DNA of 64,000 nt from Promethearchaeota archaeon (GTDB taxonomy: Archaea; Asgardarchaeota; Lokiarchaeia; Sigyniarchaeales; SOKP01): positions 64,001 to 128,000 of the forward strand of contig JAHPZA010000006.1 in NCBI GenBank assembly GCA_019058445.1. Direction: 5' to 3'. A program made the translations under genes and the position numbers. Positions 28,103 to 38,002 of the stretch are shown here, piece after piece. Each line of letters starts with the position of its first letter. Positions within the stretch are counted from its first letter, which is position 1. A model generated the notes under the pieces. The model was not told the DNA's origin, searched no databases, and saw nothing but the letters and a program-made list of their open reading frames with translations.

Positions 28103-29410
28103 TTATTCTAATTGGATTTGAATATAGTCTTCTTCTTGTTTTAGTAATTCTTCAAATATTTTTTTTGCCTGCCAATATGTCTCCACAACTGGATCCGCTA
28201 ATAAAGCCTGAATAGCGATATCTTTAGATTTTTTAAAAATTGCTTCTACTACGAGATCTTGAACGGATATCTGAGTTTGCAATAATGCAGTAATACTTTT
28301 GGGGTATTCCCCTAGTTTAACTCCATGTATCCCATTTCTGTTGATTAGTGCAGGGCATTCTATCACCGAATCTTTAGGGAGATTGGTGATAATATCATTA
28401 TTAGGAATATTCACGGAAGGTTCTATGTGATTTGAATCTGTTATGATCCCTTCTATTATTGGAATTGCACTTTCCTCATCGGGTTTTACAAGTCTAGCGC
28501 CTCTTCCTTTCTTTATCAAAGTTTTAGTTTTTTCCAATCCATGTGCCAAAAAATGTTCATATTGTCTCCAAAAACGTCGAACAGCGGGAATATCTGCATA
28601 TTCCCACGCCCAATGTACATATTCACCGTAATGACTATCCGTTGTATAAGGACAATATCCATAAGTTTCTAATAAAAACGCAATTAGTTTAAACCCATCG
28701 TAAGCAATTATATTACGTAAAAATTCAGGACCTTTTTTTCGAAGGTCTGGATAAGCATCTTTGCCCGTATTTTTATATTTAATATCTAAAATGTTGCCAA
28801 AATGATTTAATCCTGCACCAATGATTTCTAAATTTGACAAGGGTGTAGATAAAATTTTACTTACTAAAACAACAAAATGTTGAAATTCATGGCATAACCC
28901 AACGAATTTAAGCTTGGGATATTTTCGTTTAATTGCAAGACAGATTCTACTCATTGGATTTGAAAAATTAATGATAAAAGCGTTAGGACAGATTTTATTA
29001 ACGTCTTCGCAAATATCTAAGATAGGAGGTATTACTCTTAGTGAATGAAATAAACCCCCAGGTCCTCCGTTTTCTCCAGTAATTTGCTTGCATCCAAATT
29101 CTTGAGGTATTCTATAATCTAAATCTAATAATTTAAATCTCGGTGGAATTTCTATGGCATTAATAATGAAAGTAGCATTTTTTAAGGCATTTTGTCTATT
29201 AACAGTATATTCTAAACTAAAATCTAATTTTCTCTTATCTATAGCAGCTTGGCAAGCTTGATATGTTAGCTCTAAAGTCTCAGCATTAATATCATGTAAA
29301 CAAATAGTAGAGCCTTCCAAAGCTTTACATTCTAACATATTTCCAACGGAACCTAAACCAAATTGGAGCGAACCTGCCCCGATTAGTACAATTTTCTGAC
29401 TATTTGACAA
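28103..29410 (-). CDS. Glycoside hydrolase family 4, tandem paralog
   Basis: GAGS, GENGGPGG, NFSNP, GLCH, GLNH, DSHYGEY; TTG start. Confidence 0.93.
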   Translation of the reverse strand: MSNSQKIVLIGAGSLQFGLGSVGNMLECKALEGSTICLHDINAETLELTYQACQAAIDKRKLDFSLEYTVNRQNALKNATFIINAIEIPPRFKLLDLDYRIPQEFGCKQITGENGGPGGLFHSLRVIPPILDICEDVNKICPNAFIINFSNPMSRICLAIKRKYPKLKFVGLCHEFQHFVVLVSKILSTPLSNLEIIGAGLNHFGNILDIKYKNTGKDAYPDLRKKGPEFLRNIIAYDGFKLIAFLLETYGYCPYTTDSHYGEYVHWAWEYADIPAVRRFWRQYEHFLAHGLEKTKTLIKKGRGARLVKPDEESAIPIIEGIITDSNHIEPSVNIPNNDIITNLPKDSVIECPALINRNGIHGVKLGEYPKSITALLQTQISVQDLVVEAIFKKSKDIAIQALLADPVVETYWQAKKIFEELLKQEEDYIQIQLE

Positions 29411-29519
29411 ATAAATTCACCTAGAACATAATCTCGAAGTTATACAATAAGATTATATTAACTGGCTAAATTACTGAAGAAAATTTACCAAATAATAAAT
29501 AGCTTGTTTATTAAAAATA

Positions 29520-29813
29520 TTACTTTATAATCTTCACTTTTTGTCCAAGGGCTTGACCCGGTAAACCCGCCTTTTTAAAAAGAGCTCGTACTGCACCATT
29601 ATTACCGTGAGCACGGCTAATAACACCCTTCAATTCTTTTCCTGTAGGACTTGTCCAAACTACTGTTCTCCCGATCATTTTATTGGCTTCCTTCCTTGTT
29701 TTTATTTCTGAGAAAACAATAATACATTGTTTTGGATGAATTATATGGCGACCTCGTCTATAATTAGCAACTACTCCTTCCATTCCTAGGACCTTTAATT
29801 TAGTAGATGACAT
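29520..29813 (-). CDS. rpl35ae: 50S ribosomal protein L35Ae
   Basis: NYRRG, IGRTVVW, GVISRAHGNNGAVRALF..GLPGQALG. Confidence 0.93.
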   Translation of the reverse strand: MSSTKLKVLGMEGVVANYRRGRHIIHPKQCIIVFSEIKTRKEANKMIGRTVVWTSPTGKELKGVISRAHGNNGAVRALFKKAGLPGQALGQKVKIIK

Positions 29814-29963
29814 GAGAGAAAACTTTTGACAATGAGTTTTTATATCACTTAAGTAATGAGGTTAATATGGAAAAAAATAAAAAATTTTGGATTTTTAGAA
29901 ATTTATATTGTTTTAAGGGAAAATTGAAAATGAAATAGATTTCAATTTTAAGTTTAAACTAAA

Positions 29964-31262
29964 TTATCCTATATATTTATTTTTAATCTTAAAAATTTGC
30001 TTTCTTTTATAGATTAATACCAATGAAATTATTGTAATTAATACAAATACAAGGTAATAGTTTCCAAACGAAATAGGACTCTCGCCAAAATCAATATCTA
30101 ACTCATCATCGTCATCTTCCTCTTCGGTTGTAGCTGTCCAATGAAAAAGGTATACTTGATCATCTTCACTACCTACAGCAATATAATTTCCATTAGAAGA
30201 TATTGCAACATCAGTTATGCTTCCGTCTGCCATATAACTCCACAGAGGTACATTTCTAGATCGATCAAATAAAAAAGTCATATTATCATTACAACCGATA
30301 AGAATATGCTTACCATTGGAAGAAATTGCGACACTCCTCACTATATCACCGCATTCATAAGTCCACAGCAGTTCTTCTTTTACAACATCAAAAAGGTAGG
30401 TTTTGTTATCATTAGAGCCGGCAACAATATATTGACCATCAGATGAAATGGCTATTGTGTTTACATCTCCCCCAGTTTGATAACTTAATTGAGGAGTTTT
30501 ACTAAATTTATTAAAGATATAGATCTCATCATTATCACTACCCGCAACTATATAATAACCATCAGCAGAAATGTCAACGGTATTAATATCACCATCGGCT
30601 TGAAATTCCCATAAAGTATCATTGGAAGTTTTATAAAAAAGATATACCTTCCCATTCGCACAACCGGCAGTAATATATCTTCCATCGTCAGAGATAGCGA
30701 CGGAATAAATTAAATCTCCAGTAGTATAGTTCCATAAAGGTGCAGAAGAGGAATTCTTGAGGAAAGAAATTTGATCATTACTTCCAGAAGCTATATAATT
30801 ACCATCATTTGAAATTTTAACAGATAACACTTTATCTCCCATTGAATGGTTCCAAATAGGGGTAGAAATTGATTTATTAAATAAATATAAATGATGATCA
30901 TTAGAGCCGGAAACAATATAATTTATTTCGGAAGAAATCGCAACGGAACTTATCTCATCACCGGTAGTACGATTCCACTCTGGTACTTTTGAAATGGAAC
31001 TTGTTTTATTGAAAAGATATGTGTTATTATCAGCACTGCCTGCGACCACATAATTCCCATCTGCTGAAATTGAAACAGAGTTAACATCATCCCTCGTTGT
31101 ATAATTCCAGAGGAGTGTGGTTGCGGATGGGTGGAGAATAACGCAATTTTTATTATAAATTTCTTGGTTATAACTCTTGCTTGAAAAACAACTCAAGATG
31201 CTACTATTTAATATAAGTATAAATAACAGCATTGCCCAAGGTTTGTAAGGTCTTATTGGCAT
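29964..31262 (-). CDS. Secreted, membrane-anchored WD40/PQQ-like beta-propeller protein
   Basis: N-terminal signal-like segment; ~7-8 repeats of W.Y.T.D.V.SVAIS.DG.YIVAGS.D..VYLF; acidic linker, ISFGNYY, TM helix, KRK. Confidence 0.88.
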   Translation of the reverse strand: MPIRPYKPWAMLLFILILNSSILSCFSSKSYNQEIYNKNCVILHPSATTLLWNYTTRDDVNSVSISADGNYVVAGSADNNTYLFNKTSSISKVPEWNRTTGDEISSVAISSEINYIVSGSNDHHLYLFNKSISTPIWNHSMGDKVLSVKISNDGNYIASGSNDQISFLKNSSSAPLWNYTTGDLIYSVAISDDGRYITAGCANGKVYLFYKTSNDTLWEFQADGDINTVDISADGYYIVAGSDNDEIYIFNKFSKTPQLSYQTGGDVNTIAISSDGQYIVAGSNDNKTYLFDVVKEELLWTYECGDIVRSVAISSNGKHILIGCNDNMTFLFDRSRNVPLWSYMADGSITDVAISSNGNYIAVGSEDDQVYLFHWTATTEEEDDDDELDIDFGESPISFGNYYLVFVLITIISLVLIYKRKQIFKIKNKYIG

Positions 31263-31387
31263 AAGTTTTTTATTAACTTATTATATGATTTTAAAATCAA
31301 ATTTATAGGTTTAATTCTTAAATACTTCTTAGTTTTTATTTTTTTCATTTGGCAAAATGTTAAATAATGTTAGTTTATTAGCTTTTT

Positions 31388-32617
31388 ATGGAAATTATTG
31401 ATAACCTGAACAAATTGTTTAGAGAAAAGGAAAACAAATTATATCTGATTTTGTTAATTTATCTTTTAATAGCATATACGGTACTAAGAATTTTAACATT
31501 AATGAATTATGCTTTCATAGGGATTATTATTTATTTTCCAATTTTAGGATTTACAAGTTTCTTCTGGTTCCTCTCATTGTTTAACAAAAAGATAACAGAA
31601 TATTCAACTTCAAAAATTATTTTACTGCTAATTCTCGATTGTTTACTAATGATAATTATGTTGGTTGTGATTGTCGTAATCATAGTGATATCTATATTTT
31701 CTTATATCTTCTTTACTTCTCTTTTTTTGTTATATGGATGTTATAAAATGAGCAAAGATATTGATGAACGTATCTATTATAAACGAGGAGCTTGGATTTG
31801 GAGAGGATTAGAATTTTGGGGTGGATTGGCCCTTTCGCTGCTCTTTATTTATTTAGCATATATAGGAACTTTTGAAGCTATGAACATGACGAGCGCACCA
31901 CAAATTCTAAATGTAGCATATATTGCTGTAATTATCGTAATAATCGGCTTAGCTATTTATGGTTTACTGCAAAGTTTTGGCAAAAAATTTAATGCGTGGC
32001 TTGGTACTTACTTTATCCTTATTACTATTTATACCGCCTATTTGGTGTTAAAGGTCTTTTTAGGATTTACTAATGGGACTGGAGAACCTTCAATTTTTAC
32101 AATAATCGGATTGTTAGTTTTAGATCTATTTATTCTATTATATTCAATTAGCTCTATCATAGGTAAGCAAGGTGAGTTTCTAGCGGAACGTTTTAAACGC
32201 TTTAAGCAAGAGACTTTAATACTCTGGTTAATTTTTTCTAAAGCGGCATGGGAATTCGCAGTTTATTTTCCATACGGAACCCTGGGTGTTCCTCAGGCTC
32301 TTGGGATACCACCTCAAGCTTTTGGGGTTACATATTATACCCAATTAGGGACAATTGTAGTGACCGTGACCAATATAATGGTTTTAATAATTTTTATAAT
32401 TCTTATTGTAGTTTTTGGTTATATTGGAATACAGGGTTATGATGAAGAGAAGCTACGACTAAAAGCAGGTAAAATTGACGTATGGCTCTCTAGAAAATCC
32501 GGTGAAAGACCTGAACATGTTAGACATGTAAGTAAAGTACAGAAAATTGACAAAGAGATTGAAAATAAAATAGTTGAAACTGATACTTCTGAATCAAAAG
32601 ATGAATCTGATCAATAA
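31388..32617 (+). CDS. Hypothetical multi-pass membrane protein
   Basis: 409-aa ORF with roughly 9-10 hydrophobic segments and a charged C-terminal tail. Confidence 0.75.
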   Translation: MEIIDNLNKLFREKENKLYLILLIYLLIAYTVLRILTLMNYAFIGIIIYFPILGFTSFFWFLSLFNKKITEYSTSKIILLLILDCLLMIIMLVVIVVIIVISIFSYIFFTSLFLLYGCYKMSKDIDERIYYKRGAWIWRGLEFWGGLALSLLFIYLAYIGTFEAMNMTSAPQILNVAYIAVIIVIIGLAIYGLLQSFGKKFNAWLGTYFILITIYTAYLVLKVFLGFTNGTGEPSIFTIIGLLVLDLFILLYSISSIIGKQGEFLAERFKRFKQETLILWLIFSKAAWEFAVYFPYGTLGVPQALGIPPQAFGVTYYTQLGTIVVTVTNIMVLIIFIILIVVFGYIGIQGYDEEKLRLKAGKIDVWLSRKSGERPEHVRHVSKVQKIDKEIENKIVETDTSESKDESDQ

Positions 32618-32678
32618 AATAAGCTAAAAAAGGATTAAATTAATCACTCAATTTTTTTTCTTGCAAATTAGTGTATAA

Positions 32679-33890
32679 CTAATTGGATTTTAGACCTATT
32701 AACTCATGTGATTTCTCCCAAGAGTATGAATTGATTGATTTTATTTTATATTTGAAATCTTCTATTGAATAACTATTTTCATTTAATAAAATCTTATTCA
32801 CTTTAGTGATTATTTCGTTTTCGACAATTTCTAAATTTCTTAAATAGTTTTTCCTTTCAGATCCCATACCCCAACTTTTAAATGATGCGATAGCCAAAGA
32901 ATGTTGACACCAAAACCAGTTAGGATTAATTTTTGCATAAGGCCCGGGCTCAATTACTCTTTGATCTTCGATTGGAAAGGTATATGGTTTATATATACTT
33001 AGACATGGAAGAGTACTGCCCGTAAACCAATGAATCGATTTCTTTCCTTGTCTTAAATGAGAAACTTGAGATCCTGTAGATTCAAATCCTCCATGCATAC
33101 AAATTCCAGCATCATGCTCTCTTAAAAACTCCATCATCAATTTAGGAGTAATATTATCTTTATTATCTCGGAGTAATATCGTTGATTTACCCCCTCTAGA
33201 ATAGGGAGAAGGTTCTTCAGAATAGTAAGATCCTGTGAAAGTTGAGACAAAGTCAAATTCATTATCATTTTTACAATACCCTTGTTCTACTGCATGTTGA
33301 ATAATACCTTCTCTTCTGAGATCTCCTTTCCCTCTTATGGAGAGTTCATTCGAAATCGATCTTACATTTTGTACTTTTTCAGCAATCCACCAATCATCTA
33401 CAGTTTCTAAAACATAAGCTTCCCTAGGGTCAGCGATAATATATGAATTATGGTATGTCCAACTAGGATCATTATAAGCACAACCTCCTCCTTGATGATG
33501 TTCTTCTAATAATTCTGTCATTATTGTAAGTGCGTTCAACGCAGTTTTTCCCCTTTCTAATCCTAACCTTAATAAATCCATTCCTAACAGACCAATAGTT
33601 CTTAAAGGCTCATGGGAATAGACAGCTTCGTTTCCAATGGCAACTCCATATTCATTGCATCCCATTTCTGCACCCCATATCCACCAAGGTTGACTTAAAA
33701 GAATTTTAAAGGTTTCAGATACTTGTGGAATTGAAATATATGTACAATGTAATTCCTCTCCCTTAGAATATCTTCTTCTAGGAACATAGGTTATTAATTG
33801 AACTTCATTCTGAGGCCTGTCACTGTTCTTTCCAAAAATAACACTGTTATCTTTTGTTGAATTGGCCAATGCTACAAAAGTATCACACAA
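32679..33890 (-). CDS. Secernin-like peptidase C69 (Ntn hydrolase)
   Basis: MCDTFV N-terminal Cys, FGKNSDRP, WGAEMGCNEYGVAIGNEAV, GMDLLRLGLERG; TTG start abuts the upstream stop. Confidence 0.92.
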   Translation of the reverse strand: MCDTFVALANSTKDNSVIFGKNSDRPQNEVQLITYVPRRRYSKGEELHCTYISIPQVSETFKILLSQPWWIWGAEMGCNEYGVAIGNEAVYSHEPLRTIGLLGMDLLRLGLERGKTALNALTIMTELLEEHHQGGGCAYNDPSWTYHNSYIIADPREAYVLETVDDWWIAEKVQNVRSISNELSIRGKGDLRREGIIQHAVEQGYCKNDNEFDFVSTFTGSYYSEEPSPYSRGGKSTILLRDNKDNITPKLMMEFLREHDAGICMHGGFESTGSQVSHLRQGKKSIHWFTGSTLPCLSIYKPYTFPIEDQRVIEPGPYAKINPNWFWCQHSLAIASFKSWGMGSERKNYLRNLEIVENEIITKVNKILLNENSYSIEDFKYKIKSINSYSWEKSHELIGLKSN

Positions 33891-35093
33891 TTATTTAATC
33901 ATCTCTTCTGACTTTTTCCATGCGTCTGTATTTATCTCTTTAATTTTATTTATGAATTCCTCGTTAGATAAGGAATTTTCTTGTTGAATAACTTCATCAA
34001 CCCTCTTTAATATCTTATTTTCATAGTTTCTTAGCTTTTCATAATAGGAATTTCTCTCGGGTCTATCTATTTTAGGCTTTTTAGTGAGATCTTTTACAAA
34101 ATTATCATGCCGACTCCAAAACCAATCTGGATTTATATCTGTATAGGGGCCAGGTTTTAAGATCTTATCTTCATCTAATGGAAATACATATGGCTTAAAT
34201 ATACCAAGGCAAGGAATTGTGTTTCCTGTAAACCAATGAATTGATTTTTTCGCTTTTCTCAAATGGGATACTTGTGATCCTACAGAACGATCGCTTCGAC
34301 CATGCATACATATTCCAACTTTATGTTCTCTTAAAAAATTCATCATCATCCCAGGTCTAATATTACCTTTATTTTGAGCTAACTGATTTAATGAACATCC
34401 ATCTCTACTTTCTAAGGGAAATTCTTCAGGTAAAGGAGAAGGAGAGAATATTATTTTAAAGTTAAAATCATTATCATCCTTACAATAACCTTGTTCTATT
34501 GCATGTTGGATTATACCCTGCTTTCTCATATCACCTTTACCCCTAATAGAGATATTATTAGATATAGAGCGATAATCCCTAACATTTTCTACAATCCACC
34601 AATCTCCAGCAGTTTCTAAAACATAAGCTTCGACTGGATCCGTGATAATCATTGAATTGTGATAGTTTAATCCTTTTTTGTTATGAGCTCCCCCTTGTCC
34701 ATATTTTTCTAATAATCCAATGATAATTTCTAATGATTCTTTTGCTGTTTTACCTCTTTCTAATCCTAGCCTTAATAAATCCATTCCTAAAAGCCCAATT
34801 GGCTTGAGCGGTTCCTTAGTCGCTACTGCTTCATTACCAATGGCAACTCCATATTCATTGCATCCCATTTCACATCCATACATCCAATAGGGCTGACTCA
34901 TTATTATTGCGGCAGTTTCGTTAACTTGGGGGATCGAAATATGAGTACATTGAACTTCTTCTCCCTTTGGATACTTTATACGAGGAAGATAAGTAATTAA
35001 TTGAGCTTCATTGCTAAGTCTATCACTATTCTTTCCAAAAATTACACTTTTATCCTTAGAAGCAGAGGTTAAGCTAACAAATGTATCACACAT
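33891..35093 (-). CDS. Secernin-like peptidase C69, tandem paralog
   Basis: MCDTFV, FGKNSDR, EMGCNEYGVAIGNEA, GMDLLRLGLERG. Confidence 0.92.
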   Translation of the reverse strand: MCDTFVSLTSASKDKSVIFGKNSDRLSNEAQLITYLPRIKYPKGEEVQCTHISIPQVNETAAIIMSQPYWMYGCEMGCNEYGVAIGNEAVATKEPLKPIGLLGMDLLRLGLERGKTAKESLEIIIGLLEKYGQGGAHNKKGLNYHNSMIITDPVEAYVLETAGDWWIVENVRDYRSISNNISIRGKGDMRKQGIIQHAIEQGYCKDDNDFNFKIIFSPSPLPEEFPLESRDGCSLNQLAQNKGNIRPGMMMNFLREHKVGICMHGRSDRSVGSQVSHLRKAKKSIHWFTGNTIPCLGIFKPYVFPLDEDKILKPGPYTDINPDWFWSRHDNFVKDLTKKPKIDRPERNSYYEKLRNYENKILKRVDEVIQQENSLSNEEFINKIKEINTDAWKKSEEMIK

Positions 35094-35229
35094 AATTTTT
35101 ATCCTTAAATATCATTTTATTTTTTTATGTAATTCTTTAATTTCTTTTAGGTTAAATTGAAAAAAAATATTATTATTATTTAACTAACTTAACTATTGTT
35201 ATTTATTTTTCAAGATATACTGAAGGATA

Positions 35230-37026
35230 TTGACCAGAGAAAAAGTAAAGGTTTGGATATTTTCATTTGAATACGCTGGTATTGCCAAAGTGGGAGGTCT
35301 TGGCGAGGTTCCAGCTAACCAAGCAAAGTATTTAAAAAATGATTTTGAAGTAACTGTTTTTTTGCCCTCTCACGGTCAAATTGAACAATTAAAAGGTGTC
35401 ACTGAATTAGAAAAATTGCCTTTTACTAGTAAGCACCAAGTAGATTTTAACCAGGATGGAATAACAGAATTAAAATTTTCTTGTGAGATCTCCTATTTTA
35501 AATGTAAATTAAATGGAATAAATATCATATTGTTATCAGGGGAGAACTCTACTACAAGTAAATATATTGATGATCCTATTGTTTATAATCCCGAAACTTT
35601 ATCTTGTAAAATACTTATTTACAGCATTGGATTGCGATTATATGTAAGAAATATAGTTGAAAATGGAGGGAATACTTTACCAAGTATTGTTCATATGCAT
35701 GATTATCATGTAGTAATCCCTTTTATAAGTATAAAACAAGAATTAATGAAAAATGGTATGGATGTTGCTTCACTTATAACAATTCATCTTTTAACTTGGC
35801 CAAGATATGGTATTGACTTTTACTATGCATGTGGCATTAATAGAGCTCCCATAAAAACTCTTCTAAATGAAGGATTCAAATCATTAACTATACAAGAAAT
35901 TTTCGATCTATGTAAAGATTCTCAAAAAGCGGGGGAAGAATACAATCCGCCTTCAGTAGAAAAGATTGGTGCAATTTGCAGCGATTTGGTCACAACGGTA
36001 AGCAAATCATATTTATATTCAGATATTATACCTAATCTTGGAAAAAGCTTAATTGATTTTAAATCGGATTTTGTATGGGATGGATGTGATTGGGATTACG
36101 AGGAGACTTATAAAAATGTAATTGATAAACTAGGTAACGAGATTTGTGAAGTGCTACAAATTCCAAATAAGTCTTTAATAACTAAAACACACATGAAAGA
36201 TTATTTATTAACCTATAAAATCAATCATTTAAAGCAGAGTCCTCTAATCAAGTCAGAAAAGGTATTATCCGCAATTAATGAGATTTCTAATGGAGACCCT
36301 TTTATTAAAAATGGGGTGATTAAAGCTTTTGATAAATCCGGTCCATTGGTAATTGCTACTGGAAGGATCTCACATCAAAAAGGTTTTGAGACCATACTAG
36401 AAGCAATTCCAGAGGTTATACAAATTATTCCTAAAGCAAAATTCTTACTTCTCTTACTTCCAACTGAATATAGTTTGAATGAAATTAAAAAGTATGCTCA
36501 GTTTGTTAAAAAGTATCCTAAAAACCTTCGCATAGTTTTTGGAATCGCAGCAGAAATTTTTCAAATTGCCCATATTGGAGCAGATGCATATTGTGCATTA
36601 TCTCGATGGGAACCTTTTGGTATCATTGCATTAGAGGCAATGGCATCAAAGTTACCAGTAATCGCAACCAAAGTAGGAGGTTTACAAGAATCTGTTATCG
36701 ATATCCGAAAAGACCCTGAAAATGGTACAGGCATTCTAATTAATAAAGATAATCCATCTGAATTTGCAAAAATGCTAATTAATCTTTTATTATTAGCAGA
36801 ACTTTCTGAACGATTTAAGGATTCAAATGGTAATGAAGAGAGAGAAAAATTAAAAATAATTAATCTAATTCCAGATGAGTTATTAAAATCTTATGCAATA
36901 CGAGACATTGATTTTTATACTAAGATCAGAGAAAATTGCATTAAACGTGTAAATACTAATTTTAGATGGAATATTGTTACCAAAAAGCTTATTTCATTAT
37001 ATAAAAAGCTGCTAGAATTATTTTAA
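35230..37026 (+). CDS. glgA: Glycogen/starch synthase (GT5)
   Basis: KVGGLG, HMHDYH, TIH, TTVS, GRISHQKG, SRWEPFGIIALEAM. Confidence 0.88.
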   Translation: MTREKVKVWIFSFEYAGIAKVGGLGEVPANQAKYLKNDFEVTVFLPSHGQIEQLKGVTELEKLPFTSKHQVDFNQDGITELKFSCEISYFKCKLNGINIILLSGENSTTSKYIDDPIVYNPETLSCKILIYSIGLRLYVRNIVENGGNTLPSIVHMHDYHVVIPFISIKQELMKNGMDVASLITIHLLTWPRYGIDFYYACGINRAPIKTLLNEGFKSLTIQEIFDLCKDSQKAGEEYNPPSVEKIGAICSDLVTTVSKSYLYSDIIPNLGKSLIDFKSDFVWDGCDWDYEETYKNVIDKLGNEICEVLQIPNKSLITKTHMKDYLLTYKINHLKQSPLIKSEKVLSAINEISNGDPFIKNGVIKAFDKSGPLVIATGRISHQKGFETILEAIPEVIQIIPKAKFLLLLLPTEYSLNEIKKYAQFVKKYPKNLRIVFGIAAEIFQIAHIGADAYCALSRWEPFGIIALEAMASKLPVIATKVGGLQESVIDIRKDPENGTGILINKDNPSEFAKMLINLLLLAELSERFKDSNGNEEREKLKIINLIPDELLKSYAIRDIDFYTKIRENCIKRVNTNFRWNIVTKKLISLYKKLLELF

Positions 37027-37132
37027 TTAATTTTTATAAGATATTGAATTTATTACAAAAAATTTAAATAATTTAATTAAGACTTATTATTTACATTTTT
37101 AACCAGATTCATCAACAAAAAAAGGAGTTATT

Positions 37133-37858
37133 ATGGCATTATCAGATTTAACCGAATTCGAATTCTTAACAGGATTTTTTGCCTTAATTTTTGTATTAAT
37201 TTCTTTGATAATTGGACTTATGATTTTTTCAAAGTATTTCTCTACTAAACAAAAAACATTTATTACTGTTGGCCTCACTTGGATTTTCCTATCTACAGCG
37301 TATTTATCAAGATCTATTGATTTTATACTTGTCATTTTTTTCAATACCTATCTTGATGAGTTCATTTTCCTACTTTTAATGAACATATTTATTCCATTAG
37401 TGATAATATGCTGGAGTTATTCATTTTCCAGTCTAGTTTTCCCTCATTTACGAAAAAAAATTGTATTTATCTTCACTATAGTTGGTGCAGTTTATGAAAT
37501 TCTTCTAATTATATTTTTGTTAACAAACCCAAGACTTGTGGGTTTTGTGGAAGGTTTTTATGCTGAATTTGCACCATTTACAATTTCACTTCAATTGTTA
37601 GCAATTATTGTTTTCTTGATTGGAGGTATATTTATCATACGAAATTCTTTTAGATCAGATGATCAAAAAATTAGATGGAAGGGTAAGTTTTTGATGATAG
37701 CTTTTATCTCATTTACTTGTGCAACAGTATATGACTCTGCAGCACCCTTAACTCCTGTATTATTTACAATAATGAGGTTAGTATTGATATCAAGCAGCAT
37801 AGAATTTTATCTTGGATTTTTTCTCCCAGATTCTATTGCAAAAAGATTAGTTGAATAA
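37133..37858 (+). CDS. Hypothetical ~7-TM membrane protein
   Basis: About seven hydrophobic segments; IRWKGKFL and IEFYLGFFLP; GGAG RBS. Confidence 0.75.
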   Translation: MALSDLTEFEFLTGFFALIFVLISLIIGLMIFSKYFSTKQKTFITVGLTWIFLSTAYLSRSIDFILVIFFNTYLDEFIFLLLMNIFIPLVIICWSYSFSSLVFPHLRKKIVFIFTIVGAVYEILLIIFLLTNPRLVGFVEGFYAEFAPFTISLQLLAIIVFLIGGIFIIRNSFRSDDQKIRWKGKFLMIAFISFTCATVYDSAAPLTPVLFTIMRLVLISSSIEFYLGFFLPDSIAKRLVE

Positions 37859-38002
37859 TCAACTTTAGTTTAAAACAAAAATCTCTTTTTTTTTATTAAA
37901 ATATTTCTAATTGAAGTTTTTTTGCATTCTATTATCTAAGTTAAATCAAATATGAAATAATTGTTCTTATATATATTTATTAAAATAGATAGTCTTTAAA
38001 AT

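Noticed and set aside
30140-31120. ~125-bp periodic DNA repeats that might suggest a CRISPR or tandem array
   Set aside because: They are the degenerate coding repeats of the beta-propeller; no identical repeat-spacer structure
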